From: the human T2T-CHM13v2.0 reference genome, Homo sapiens
DNA: 64,000 bases
NCBI RefSeq assembly: GCF_009914755.1
Contig: NC_060934.1
Strand: one strand, 5' to 3'
Under the pieces are notes generated by a model. That model was given only the letters and a program-made list of their open reading frames with translations, made no database searches and was not told where the DNA came from. This document shows, piece by piece, positions 1 through 14,324 of the stretch. Both the position numbers and the translations under genes were made by a program. How positions within the stretch are numbered: position 1 is the first letter of the stretch; each line of letters begins with the position of its first letter.

Positions 1-269
1 ACTATATACATGCCCCATCACAAACTCTAGCACCAATCTTCCTTAGTCTCTTCTATTGCCGAATTCTCTGTCCTGTTTTGTACTATCATAGTGTTGCACT
101 TGTACTTCCTTTTCAAGGTTCCCATTACTTGCATTCCTCTCTTAGCTAACCCTGAAGAAACACGCATCTGTTCTCTCTGGAAAAACATTTCTGATTCTCT
201 GAATCTAGCCTGGGCTAGATGCAGCTCATTTTTTAGCAACCTATGCTAATATCAACAAAAGGTTCATGT

Positions 270-580
270 TACAGAGGGAGCTGGATCTAGGGTCTCAAAT
301 CATGCCACCAAAATACTTTTCTTTTGTTTTCTTCTCTCTTTGTTTCTATGTTTGAATCATTCTGGAGAAAACTTCTTCTTATATTGGGCCCTGAAGACAT
401 CTCTGAAATAAAACATTCATATTTGAGATTTACTTTAACAAAAATAGCAATTAACACTTTCATTGGCCAGGACTGGAGTCATGGGCTTACCCTTAGAACA
501 AGGATGCGCAGTCTACCCAGCCTAAATTACAGGGACCAAGAATGGAACGGGATGATATCTTAAAAGTCAATTGGAAGGAG
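270..580 (-). mobile_element. Degenerate MaLR LTR fragment (MLT1J/K/L-like)
   Basis: Motif 'tcattggccaggactggagtcatgggcttaccctta' resembles the antisense MLT1 core; highly diverged, boundaries approximate. Confidence 0.35.
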
Positions 581-2284
581 CTTCAAAGTGTGATTACACA
601 GAGGAAAGGATAAGTTAAACGATTATAGGGATTTAGGTGGATTGGAGACAGAGTGACATTGAAAGAGTTGGAGAACCGTACTCAACAAACACACACAGGC
701 ACACAATACTGAAAAAAATGAAGAAATACTAGCTCTGATATTATAATAGTATTCAACAACAAAAAAGGGCCATCTTTCCTTTGTGGAACTGTTTATCTGG
801 CAATTAACAAAAGATCTTTGCTGAAATCATGGGTTTAAGACCCAAATTAAATTTGTAGTTTTGTTAGGAGGTGCTGGACAGTAGCAGTTAGAGAACAGGC
901 TTTTGATAATAATTACGTTGATGCAGATATTTAGCCAGAATTCTGTGGACATTATCTCATTTAACCAGCCCAACAATCTGGATTATCATTATCTCTGTTT
1001 CACAGATGATGAAGAAATAGTCTTTGCAATATTAAGTAACCTGCCCAGAGTCTTACATGTGGAAAATGGTCAAAAGAGGATTTGATCTTGAATCTGTGTT
1101 TATAAAAGCTTTGTCTATTCCACTGTGCCATGAGGGCTGCTTTCCTTGTCTCCTGTTTGATTAGCAGGCAAAATTTCAGTTTTTCATTTGGCACATTGAA
1201 ATATTCCATTTTCCATCATTTCTCATATATAAACCTCCCTGACTCTAGACAATTTTTAGAGAAAATGAACCCAATTTTGCCAAGCGGCTTCTTCCGTGGA
1301 TGCTTACTGGTGAAGCATCATCCGGCAGTAGGCTGAAATCACACAACCTTAGGAAAGCCTAGTTCTTCCTCTTCCCAAGAGAATGGATGTGAAGGTGTAC
1401 ACAGACAGTTGGCTCCTATGCCAAATTTTGGCTTGATTACCAAGATGTACTGGCAATAATGTGAAGGTTTGTTTACATGGCCTATTGCCTACCTGTCTGA
1501 ACTATGGACCATCTGTGTATGAGTTGCCTAGGCAATAGGTTGGGAATGAGCAGACCAAGATTTATCTGCACTGATTGTAAGCAGAAAATGAACTTTCCCA
1601 AGTAAAGATTTGATTTTAAAAAATCAACCTGAAACAGATTCTCTAGATACAAATTATTTTGGAGAAGGGAGAAGTGACTGGTTTTGCTAATATTGCAATT
1701 TTTATGTTTTTGTTGTTCCTTAAGATAAAGCATAAATAACTGACAGAAGAGAAATGAGCTACTCAATGAATTATAAACACAAATGAGTCCATAAAATATT
1801 TACCTGCAATGAAGCGTATTTGATACTATTTGACAGTAAGTATACACAAACCTAAAACACTATTGCAACAAGAATTATTTTTAACGTGCTCCTTTTGATA
1901 TTTTTTAATTGAAGTCTACTATTGTCAAAACTTAACAGGGACCTGTTAAGTTTTGGGGTCATGTTTTTGTTACTCTCTTTTCTCCAAAAACCAATATCTT
2001 AGCTATAGGGTGAGATACTAGCATCTCTTCTTGTTATTTATTATTACAATCATCATAAATTTGACTATTTGCAAGTAATTGTATAGGTGCATATTTAAGA
2101 GTAATTACAGCTATCCATAGAGTTTTGGGGGAAGTAAAAGAGACACTTAGAGATCCACATCAAATTTGGCAGTGAAGTTTGTGGGAAAGAGCACATTATG
2201 GGGTTAATGAGGGTCCCTGCCTAACTGTCCTGCATCCACATCTTGGCTAGTGTTAGCTCCCTATACTCTAAAGCTTGTATAACA

Positions 2285-2500
2285 TAGCACAGCATGGGTA
2301 TTAAGAGTACTGCATTCAGACCGTCTTGCCTAGATTCCTAGCTCCACCACTCCCTAGCCACATGACTGTGGGCATGGGCATGCTGCTTCTCAGATTCCTG
2401 ATTTGTAAAAGGTGGATAATAGAAACTATGCATAGAGTGGTTATTGGGTGAGATTGGGAGAGTGAGAGATTGAGCCTGGTACCTGAAATGTGTAGACAGA
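2285..2500 (+). mobile_element. MIR SINE
   Basis: 'cctagctccaccactccctagccacatgactgtgggc...ctcagattcctgatttgtaaaaggtggataatag' follows the MIR core. Confidence 0.65.
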
Positions 2501-3780
2501 GGTAGGTAATCAATACTGGTATTCTCCTCTTGGACTTTACGAGTGGGAATAATATCAATCTGCATTATTTCCAATCTCTGCATTCTATATAAAACCTCAT
2601 AATCTCCCAACACATATTCTGGACAGGTGTTATTGATCCATTTCAGAACCTGAGACAGCCAATGTGCCTATGCTGTGCTGACATAATTCTGAATTGCAGC
2701 TCAGGTAGGGAGTTTAACTGGAGGAAAAATGGGGAGGTTGGCTAAGGTGATCAGAATGAGAACAAAGATTGACTGATATTCCCAATAGCTTCTGTTAAGC
2801 TCATTTCCTTTCAGGAACACTCATCCTTCATTAACCCAGAATGATGATTTACAAGACCTTAAAATTAGCTTATTTTGGAAATTTATCAATGCAAAGAGTA
2901 AAATAATAAAAGTTTCAGATTCATATAGATGCTTCCATAAAAATGACAGTAAAATTTATCTGTACAACTTGGAGTGTGGGGGAGGGAAAAACAGAAAATA
3001 TCAGCTAGCAGTTATCCTTAATGAGTGGGGAATTACTATGGAACTTATTCTTTCACTTATGTGGAGATTGATTAACTCTCAAATTAGATAATTACTGTAT
3101 TAATGCCGGGTTTACATATAAGTGAATGGGATTTGATGCATAGCATCTACCTATAGTCCTTGATTTGTACAAGATATGATGAGAAACTTCTTTCATCCTG
3201 ATTTTCCAAAAAAATTCTTAGCCCAAAGTGAGAAATAAATGTTTTCTAATTGGAAATTGAAATATAGGAAGAGTAATCGAAAGGACTGTCTTACCTTGTC
3301 CTACTGAAAGGCAGTGAAAAACAGTCTACCAAATATTTCTTCTTCCTGCCTTTATCCAGTTGAGCATTTCTTCTCTTCAGTACTTCTGTCTCCCTTTACT
3401 TCACTAGAACAAAGTCAACGGTGAGAAAAATTGCCAAATACTCACTAAATGGGTGTCAAATAGAGAACTGAGAGCTTATTGCAGCTTATGTTCCCCTAAG
3501 CAACTCTTGTTTGTTTACATTTTGTAGTATCTACCAGCTCATAATAGCTGTGACAACAGGATGACACTGACCCTCTCATCTTACTTGACTGAAACATCTA
3601 TTGCCTTTGATATGAGTTGAGTCAATATTGTCTTTTCTAGGTGTTTTGAATTAAAACCAGGAAAATTGGACACAGAAAGTCATTGTTTAATGTGGAATTT
3701 TGCAATATGTACATTTCAGAGTTGAAGAAGCTATGTTCTACAGAAATGAGGGTTTTATAGCAGAGAAAGAAGAGAGTTCT

Positions 3781-3826
<46 letters not shown>
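3781..3826. repeat. (GA)n microsatellite
   Basis: About 23 GA units with one interruption. Confidence 0.97.
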
Positions 3827-4589
3827 ATAGAGAAACAAAAATGAAAATGTCCCAGGTTCTCGAAAGTTTTAATTTTTCAGGATCTGAAAATTTCTGGATG
3901 TCTGGCTGCATGTTTAGTCAAGTCACAGTGAATCTGACAGAGGCAAACTTTGCTGATTAAGACAATTATTTGACTGGTTCATTTTCTTAAGCTTTCCGTG
4001 TCTTTTTTGTAGGATAATCATGTTAGCGGTTGTAGGCTCTGGATGCTAACCTGTTTACTTTGTTTTTTCGACCATCTCTAGCTTTTAGACATTAATCCCA
4101 CTTTTAATAAGCGGTGCTCTTTGAGTCTCAATTAACAAGTCAAAGCAATTTCTGCTGCTTCTGATCAAGGATTGATATTCTTTTTGTGGGCCATACATCA
4201 CCTCAATCTTTCTAGCCTAAGTCGGGGGATCATGAGATGGGCACATATTCCTTCCACATCTTCTTTCCAAACACTATTCCTCTTCATAATTAAGCTGCTC
4301 TTTCCCGAGCATTATCATTAGTCCTTACAAGAGACACAAAGTAGATTTTATTATTTTCATTTTCGGATTGACACATTGAAACTCAGGAAATTAAAATAAC
4401 ATGTTCAATACTGGAGTTGGGACATCGAAGGGTTGGAATTTTAATTGAGGATCGCTGGTCTCCTAAGCCAAAGCCTTTTCTAGGACCCTACCACCTCTTG
4501 TTCTTTCTCAGTGTCAGGAATTTAACATTGGATTAATTACTTACCTCATTCCTTTGGGATTTTTATAGTATTCACCGTCAAGAACCATA

Positions 4590-4760
4590 AGCACTTTTGA
4601 ATTTCATTCCTCATCACAATCCCAAGAGGAATGTGTCTATTAACATTTTAAAGATGAGGAAACTGAGTCTTGGAACTTGCCAAGGACACAGCATTTATAG
4701 ATTGCAGTGTTGGACAGCATGCCCAGATCGGTCTGACTGTTCTCCCAATCCACATCACTT
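4590..4760 (-). mobile_element. MIR SINE fragment
   Basis: 'cattttaaagatgaggaaactgagtct...acttgccaaggacacagc' is the antisense MIR core. Confidence 0.7.
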
Positions 4761-6020
4761 GCTCCAGATCTTTACTCCCTCTTTTATTTTCCAGCCATAA
4801 TTAGCATGTGTTAAACTGGGACACTTGGCTTAGTCCCATGCTACTCTCAAGACCAGATGATTTGATGTACTAACTTAGAGAAACAGAAAGGGAAATGGAG
4901 GTGGAGAAAAATAGAGAAAAGCACTGCTACTTGCACATTAAAAAAGGAATGGACAACTCATTCAATGAACAAGAAACCCCTAGGTCTAAGTTGTCCCTCA
5001 ACCCTAAGAAAAAAAATAGGATGGCTGACTTTGAAGTAACCGCCTTCTTCCAGCTGTCATACACTGACTTTAGCTCCCATGCTGGAAGTTGCCACCTTAT
5101 AGCACGACTTTTGTTCTTATTCCATCAATGCTTCTGATATTCATTTCAACCTGATTACACCCTTTCTCTATGCTCAGGTCATTGCATAACTGATTATGTT
5201 CTGCAAGCCTTCCTTCTGCCCTCTCGGTTCCTTCCTTCTTGTCATGCCTCTTCTTTGTTCCTTTGTTCATTCATTTACTCATTCTCTTCACCACCACCTT
5301 CATTCTCTTTTCCCTTTCCTGTCACTCCTCTATGACATGCATTAGAGAAGGGAGAAAGGGGGAATAATCTACTCATCTATGTGTTCTATTCAACCACATG
5401 CCTTAATATCTTGTTTCTATAACAAGAAGTAATTTTGCAAGGACATTATGGGACTCTTAACTATAAGTAAGAATCTCTCTTGTCCTGGAGACATGTAGCT
5501 TCAGTTACTTACATTTGGCCTGCATTCTAAAGCTTATACATATAACCGGTCCAAAGATTTTACTACTGCCTAACCTAACTTCTTTCAGGTGCATGGCCAG
5601 TTTATTCTTGCTTATTCTCCAGCTTTCCCCCAAACCCTCTAAGAGAGCTCTTTAATAAGGTTGAACCTGTGACAACACAGATGGAGACAGTAGAGACAGA
5701 AAGCAAAGAGAGCAGGCCGACAGGCATAGGCAATAAGCAAGTCATCATGCTCTGTGCACAGAATAAAGAGTGTTGATCCCTCAGCTACACAAACTGGTTG
5801 TGAAAATAGGGAAAACATTAGTTTTTGGAAGTTAAAGCTCAGTTAATATGTGACCAATGACATATTACCCCATTTGACACAGTACCCCATGTCATGGGAT
5901 ACTAAGTGTTTTCTATGCTAGCAGTTATGAGAAAATTTCAGAATATGGCTTGTAAAAAATTTTTCTTCTCAGATTATAAAGCCTTGATTTTCAGGGGGGG
6001 TTTAAAAATAATCTGTATGA

Positions 6021-6358
<338 letters not shown>

Positions 6359-6650
6359 TTACTGTGATTGATTGAGTGCCAAAATACCCCAATTTTTCAG
6401 CCCAACACATATCCACAACATTTGTAAAACAACTTGTAACTTCTCATTCTTCCCTATTCCCACTATTAAAGGTGGAATTGATTGTCCCACCTTTCAGCCC
6501 CATGATAAATCTATTTGTAATTTGGCTAACAGAATGCAGGAGAAGTGATAGTGTCCGAAGCCACTGTCACTAGGCCGGTCCAAAGCCGAGGCCTCAAGAG
6601 GCCTTTCCAGATTTTATTCTAACTCTCCGACCCCCGACCCCCGACTCTGA

Positions 6651-7628
<978 letters not shown>

Positions 7629-8324
7629 TTCTCCAACGGACATAGCAATGAACTATAGGCCACAGATATGTAAGTCCAGATTGGATCAGCTGAGCCTGAC
7701 ACATATCTGCAAATTTGCCCAGTCAACTTGTGGTTTCATAAGTAACAATAAGTGTTTTTTTGTTGTAAACCACTGAATTTTGGGGTGGTTTGTTATAAAG
7801 CAGCAATTAAGAGAAATTATGCAGCAGAAATTGGTAGCTATCTGTGAGGGTCTGCCATGACTAAAGCTTAAAATACTTGGCACTGGCTTTGAGACAGAGA
7901 CACAAGTGAGAGCTGGAAATATGATGAAAAAATTATTATAAGTGGCTGGAAAAATTTCAACTTGTGTTATACATTAGTGAAACTATTGGTAAATAAATCT
8001 TCTGCAGTAACATGGCAGACAGGAAATTTATCTAACAATCTTATAAATACGAGTAATGAGATTTTCAGGAAGTAAAAGCTAAGAAACTACGGGAAGATGA
8101 GCTAATGAAATTACCCAGTTTGCAAACGGAATGTAGAGGAAATAATACAGGAGCCAAGAAGGCTTTAGAAATAAAACTATTGTCATCTCCCACTTTTCTA
8201 CTTGATAAAAGATATTTCAAAGTGAAATGAAACCTGGGTGAGGGGGGGCAGATTAAATTAAGGGTATGGCTGTTGAGTTGTTTGTTAAGACTTAAAGAAT
8301 TAAAATAGCATCTAATGGACCCCT

Positions 8325-8934
8325 TGTGATGGTTAATTTTATATGTCAACTTGGCTGGGCCAAGTGGTCATATGTGTGGTCAATGTTGTTCTGAATGTTT
8401 CAGCATAGGTATTTTTGAAAGAGATTAATATTTAAATTAGTGGCCTTTTAGTAAAGCAGATTGCCCTCCATAATGTGGCTGGGCCTCATTCAATCGGTTG
8501 AAATTTGACTAGAACAAAACAGTGACCTCCCCTAAGCAAGAATGAATTCTGCCGCAGATGGCTTTTGGGCTTGAATGCAAAATCAGCCCTCTCCTGAGTT
8601 TCTACCCTGCTGGCCCTCTGAAGATATGGGGCTCATCAGCCTCCATAATCACATGAACCAATTTATTAAAATGCATCTCTTTATATATATATGTACAAAA
8701 TGCATCCTTTATATATATATGTACATGCATACATACATATGTGTATATACATATAATCATATATATTATATGATCTATATCATGATCATGATATATATTA
8801 TATATGATATATATATTATATATTATGATATATAATATAATATATAATATATAACATATATATTATATATAATCATATGTATTTATATAATCATCCTATT
8901 AGTAATGTTTCTCTGGGGAATCCTGATGAATACA
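8325..8934 (+). mobile_element. MLT2 (MLT2B-like) ERVL solo LTR
   Basis: tgtgatggttaatttta...cctgatgaataca termini; 'agtaaagcagattgccctccataatgtgg' motif; 5-bp TSD cccct/cctct. Confidence 0.85.
8682..8890. repeat. TA-rich low-complexity tract inside the MLT2 LTR
   Basis: About 210 bp of degenerate (TA)n/(TATAA)n. Confidence 0.9.
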
Positions 8935-9688
8935 CCTCTTTATCTGGATAAAATGATTTCTAAGAATTTTTAAGAAATTTTTCCACAACAATCTGTTACA
9001 TTTGAGGTGGTATTAAGACTAAACATAAATGCTTGTCTCGGAAATAAGTATGGAAGTGGCATATATTGAACTTGAATTGAATTTATGTATTGAATTGAGT
9101 GAACTTATGTCAAATCCATAGAAATTTCCCTAATTTTAAAGGGACTATAAAGCCAAAGATTATGCCATCCTTGACTATAATTTTAAAAAGCTTCTTGGTC
9201 TTGAAATTACTATGGGCTGGAAATGGGTTGAAAAAATGGCTCAAAGGATATATTTTCCAATATCTGCTTCATAAGACACCAAAAGAGCAGATTAAGAAGA
9301 ACGTCTCAGAAGTCTTTGGGGCCCGACCAAGCAACACTTCAATCCCAAGAGACAAGCAACTTCTGCCCAATATAATTTTTGGAATTGCTGTGGACTAGGA
9401 ACTGCTACAGCTCTCATCTTCTTCCCCTTCTTGAATGGGAGTGTCTACTGTAGCTATTCTGTTCCTATTCACTGTTTCATATTTTATATCAGGGATAGGT
9501 GGGATAAAGTATATCTTTTTGATTCATAGCTCTTCAAATTAAGAGATGCCTTATTTGAGGTGAAGTAGACCAATTGATGCTGAATTTTGAGTGGGATGCA
9601 TGATTGGATTAGACTTTAGAGTTTTTGAGCATGGGTGGGTGCATTTTTCTTGTGTGAGGATGTGAATAATTGTGGCCAGAGAGTAAAC

Positions 9689-10214
9689 TGTGGTAGATCT
9701 ATTGCCAACATAGTGCAAATTGTCTACTTGTCTCTGTATCTATGCCCTCTGCAATGTGACTTTGGAGGTACTCTCATTAAGCAGTGGATTCTATGCCCCC
9801 ACCTTTAATCCTTGCTGGTCTTATGACTTTTTCCAGCCCCTAGAATATGACAGAAACAACAGTGTGTCAGGTCTAGAAGCCATGCATGCTTCTGCTCTTT
9901 CTCTTGGATATCTGCCTCCACCATGTGAACAACAACAACAACAAAAAAAACAAAAAACTACTCTACTGAAGGATGAAAGATTACTCAGATCAGAGCCAAG
10001 ATATGTTATTAGGGGCCATCCAAGATTTCTCAGCCCTTAACTGATTTGTCTGCAGACTGCCAACACATGAGTGAGCCCAGCTGATACTTGCCAAACCTGG
10101 CCTGGACCTGCATAACTGCTCAAATCATGAGACTTATGTGAAATAATTAATAGCTGTTGTGTTCAGCCACTAGTTTTGGGATGCCTTGTTGTACAGCAAT
10201 AGCTAAGTGACTAA
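9689..10214 (+). mobile_element. 3' LTR of the MLT1 (H-like) MaLR element
   Basis: tgtggtagat start; 'tgcaatgtgactttg', 'catgagtgagcccagctga'; end 'agccactagttttgggatgccttgttgtacagcaatagctaa'. Confidence 0.75.
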
Positions 10215-10289
10215 ATTATATATCATATTTCTACCAGGGAAATCTAGGGGGAGGCATCTGTGACTGTCTGCATCAGATGAGGCTCTATG

Positions 10290-10635
10290 CTTACACTCTC
10301 CCAGTCCCACTGGCTGCCTTGTGGCTGCTTTTCCACAACACAACAGACAGGTTGTTGCCTCTGGCCCTTGCTTATCTCCCAGATAGATGTAGGTTTCTCC
10401 TCTACCTCTTTCAATAATTTGCTCAAACATAAATATCTTTGGGAAACCTTTCTTAACCACATTATCTAAAATCATTCCCTGTCAGTCTTCTCTATTTACT
10501 TTCCCCCATAGTTCATATCCACATTGAACGCACTCATGCTACTAAAGTGAATATGCTATGAGGACATGGATTTTACTATTTGTTTTCTTTAGCGCCATAT
10601 ATCTGGTTAACTATACATGAAATAAGAATGAATAC
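10290..10635 (+). mobile_element. L2 LINE 3' fragment
   Basis: 'cccactggctgcctt...tttgctcaaac...aaacctttcttaaccac...atctaaaat' follows the L2 3' end pattern. Confidence 0.5.
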
Positions 10636-11153
10636 ATTAAATTGGAGAACAAAAACTAAATGTAAAAGAAAGAAGAAAGGAAGAAGTAAAAACAAAAAGA
10701 AATGAAAGAAAAGTCATTGTAATAGAAGAAAGAATACTAACAACATGTAACTGTAACTTATAATTTTTTATTTATTTATGCATTTATGCATTAAATAAAC
10801 AAAGCAAAATTTACTACAAGCCATTTGTATAAAGTGTGGTGACAAAAGCTAGGTCTGGTAGTAGTGATAATAATAATAGTAATAATAAAAAATTACATAG
10901 GACCCCTTTCTTGAGAGGCACATCCTCTCCCTTTCTTGAAAAGAAAGGGACTAGTATGTGCCCACGGATTTAGAAAGGCCACCTGGAAAAGTAACATTTT
11001 GATTGGATTGAATATATACATAGGTTATCAACAGAGAAAGTTATTTCAGACTGAAGTAAAAACAATTTATCAAGGAACATAGTTTATTTGGGAAGTGGCC
11101 AGAATGTAATTGTAGCTATGGATGGAATGTCAGATTGGAAGGAAACTGTATAA

Positions 11154-11447
11154 TTTTTTTTAAGACAGGGTCTTGCTCTGGTGCCCAGTCTGGAGTGCAG
11201 TGGCATGATCTTGTCTCATTGTGGCCTTGAGCTCCCAGGCTCAAGTGATCCTCCCACTTCAGCCTCCTGAGTAGCTGAAAAAACAGGCACACACCATCAT
11301 GCCTGGCTAATTTTTTGTATTTTGTTTTTGTAGAGATGGGGTGTTGCTGTGTTGCCCGGGCTGGTCTTGAACTCCTGAGCTCAAGTGATCTGCCTGCCTT
11401 GGCTTCCCAAAGTGCTGGGATTACAGATGTTAACTACCATGCCAAGT
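11154..11447 (-). mobile_element. AluJ
   Basis: J-type 'gacagggtcttgctct', 'gctcaagtgatcctcccac'; TSD gaaa(c/a)tgtataatttt on both sides. Confidence 0.94.
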
Positions 11448-12875
11448 GAAAATGTATAATTTTAAATATGGCATGTCAAGAATTTGGAATGTTGTCTTTA
11501 GGCAATACGAATCCAGGAAAAAAAAAAACTTAGGTGAGAATACACTGATCAGATTTAATTCTTATGTCAATAGGTAACATAATCCAATTTTGGAAGATAA
11601 GTGTTTTCAGATACACAGAAATTATTTGGATCTCTGGACAAAGGTGGCATAATTCTTCTGGTAGGGCCACTTAATAAAGGTCCTAAGTGGAGCTAAAGAG
11701 GAAGCCAGGATAAACCCTTTTAGGCTTTTTGGAATACATCTTACTGTAGCTGCAAAAGGGATGGGGGCTTCTGGCCAAGCCTCTAAAGCGCCTTGCTACC
11801 TGCCTATGCATGAATCATGCTCTACTTCTAGATGAAGTATGAAAATGACATTCCTGAACTCACCATAAATAAATTAAAAACCTCAAGTCCTTTTTTCTAG
11901 TAGGGTAAGTCCTTATACACTAACCTAAATATGCTCTTTTCACTTATTCATATTGTGACAAAGTAATGCTACTTTATGAAATGACTGGCAAGGATTTAAG
12001 TTGCAGCCCAAGGCCAGGGAGCGAGGCTAATTAGGCCATGTAGGAATTGAACATTTCACTGTAGACTCTGCATTCAGTCTTAAACATGGGCAACATAATA
12101 GTATTTTTGAGGCAATATTTTTCAGTTCCTTTCACAGGATTTCCTGGTTGAGTCAGGAAAATATCAGTTTTTCCCAATGCACAGCTGGCAAGCAGCAGAG
12201 TGGACAGGGACTGCATCTTTCCATAAAATTTAAGGTAGAATTATTGTATGAGATCTTGAAAATCTGATCCATTTTCAAGTCTCAACCTTGTGCAGTAAAT
12301 ATAAAAAATCAAGCCAAAATCTCTGCTACATACTTTCAGCGGTCTGTCACTTCCCTCTCTCCTCAGTGTCACCCCACTGGATATGACCTGTTACTTCCAT
12401 GATGGATTGAGCAGCCGAAGTTCTTCAGCCTGCCTCTCTATTATGGAGACTCCCTGGTACTTGACAAAATGCATCAGTGAGGTTCTGATGACCTGGGTGG
12501 GCCTCCCTTGCTGCTTGAATGGCCATGTGCACACAAAAGCAAATGGTGTTAAAGGATATGGATGAAGCAAGTGACTTTCCCTGAACAATGGACCTGAAAA
12601 GACATGGAGAAGCTCACAGAGGGCACTGGAGACGTGTCAGCAGAACTTAGAGAAGCTGCTCAGCACACCCCAAGCACAGAGGCAAATATGAAAACAAATG
12701 GAGGATTTGCAAAGGGATGGCTGTTCACCAAGAAGAACAGTGGAAGAGAAGTGGAGTCCTAGCAGGAGGGCTGTGAATTTTGTGTAGGGTCCAGATTAGG
12801 GCAGAGGAAGCACACGTGCTCACAAATTTTCTGTATGAAAAGGGGCTTGAGCACAAGATTGAGAGAGCTGAAGTA

Positions 12876-13461
12876 TGTAGTAGACTCTATTTTTGCCTGC
12901 CTGACATCTATTCTTCTTTTAATGGTGTTTCCTCCTGTTTTGTGTTGGTGAACCTCTGTTTTCCTATACTCAAATTACGTTGGTGAGATGAGGGTGTGGT
13001 GTCCTTCCCTCAGCTCCAGGGATTGAAATGAACCTCATGAATGGTTCAGAGAATCACATCATACCAGATATGATTTTTTTTCTAAGGTAGACACAACCCA
13101 CTCCTATTAAAGACAATGAGACAATACAATCCAATTCCATTTTTGGGGTTGGGGGGTAGAATTGCTGGGAAACAAAAAACAAAACAATTTTTTTTTTCTG
13201 CTGAACTTTAAGCTCTTTTGCTATAAGTCTGTAGCTGCACAGGGCCATCATACACAGGAACTGGATTCAAAATGAAGCCACAACAGAAAGCAACTAGATC
13301 AGAAAGATGCAACATGGCCAATTACTAATACAATTGTCTGAGTTCCTGAATCCACACTTGCCTAGACTTACTAGCTAAGTTGGCTAATGAGTCATATTGT
13401 GTGTTTAAATGTGTCTGGGTTAGATTTCTGTCACTGCTAAGCAAGTGTTCTGACTTATACA
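12876..13461 (+). mobile_element. MLT1K-like MaLR solo LTR
   Basis: tgtagtagac...ttctgtcactgctaagcaagtgttctgacttataca termini; perfect 5-bp TSD aagta (12871-12875, 13462-13466). Confidence 0.75.
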
Positions 13462-13475
13462 AAGTATCAAAACAT

Positions 13476-13904
13476 TGTTCTTAGGCTATACAACCCCCTT
13501 GCCCCCTAACTCACACTACAACCCATGAATTATAGCCTAAATCAAGGCTTATATACAGGTAGTTTATTCTGGGAATTAATTCCAAGGAACGGGGTGGAAA
13601 GTGAAACAAGGAAGGAGGGGAGGCAAATCAGACCATGTAATTGCCAAGTTTATCACCACTATAAGCAAATGAGGGTGGATCCCATAAGGGATTTTATGAG
13701 AAACCATGTAGAATGACCTTCAGTATTGTGCATGTGAGAAATGGAAAAGGAGAATATTCATCTATTGTTTTCTCTTCCTGTGCATCATGATTGCCCCATA
13801 AAGTTCTAAATTCTTTCCACTTCCAGACTTGCACAGACATCAGAAATGGCTGAGTAGGTTCCTGCAGGGTTCTTCTCTGCAGAGAACAGGAAGCATCTGA
13901 TATA
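13476..13904 (-). mobile_element. LTR16-family ERVL LTR (3' LTR of an ERV3-16A3-like relic)
   Basis: 'caggtagtttattctgggaattaattccaagg...gtgaaacaaggaagg...aaccatgtagaatgaccttcag' resembles antisense LTR16; followed by the PPT-side internal sequence 'ctcagatccacctg'. Confidence 0.65.
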
Positions 13905-13969
13905 TTCCATTCATCACTCTACTCAGATCCACCTGTGCACTCATTGAGTCCAATCCATTAAAATACTCT

Positions 13970-14324
13970 CGTATTAGTCTGTTTTCATGTTGCTGATAAA
14001 GACATACCCAAGACTGGGCAGTTTACAAAAGAAAGAGCTTTAATGGACTTACAGTTCCACATGGCTGGGGAGGCCTCACAATCATAAGGGAAGGCAAGGA
14101 AGAGCAAGTCACATCTTACGTGGGTGGCAGCAGGCAAAGAGAGAGAGCTTGTGCAGGGAAACTCCCCTTACAGTACCATCAGATCTCATGAGACTTATTC
14201 ACTATCACGAGAACAGCACAGGAAAGACCTGCCCCCATGATTCAATTACCTCCCACTGGGTCCCTCCCATAACACATGGGAATTCAAGATGTGATTTGGG
14301 TGGGGACACAGACAAACCATATCA
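13970..14324 (-). mobile_element. THE1B LTR
   Basis: 'gtattagtctgttttcatgttgctgataaagacataccc...ggggacacagacaaaccatatca' is close to the THE1B consensus. Confidence 0.92.

Larger units (their letters stand above)
7815..9688 (+). mobile_element. MLT1 internal (MLT-int) region, interrupted by an MLT2 LTR
   Basis: Begins 'gaaattggtagc...ggcactggctttgag' after the 5' LTR and ends 'tgtggccagagagtaaac' immediately before the 3' LTR. Confidence 0.6.
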
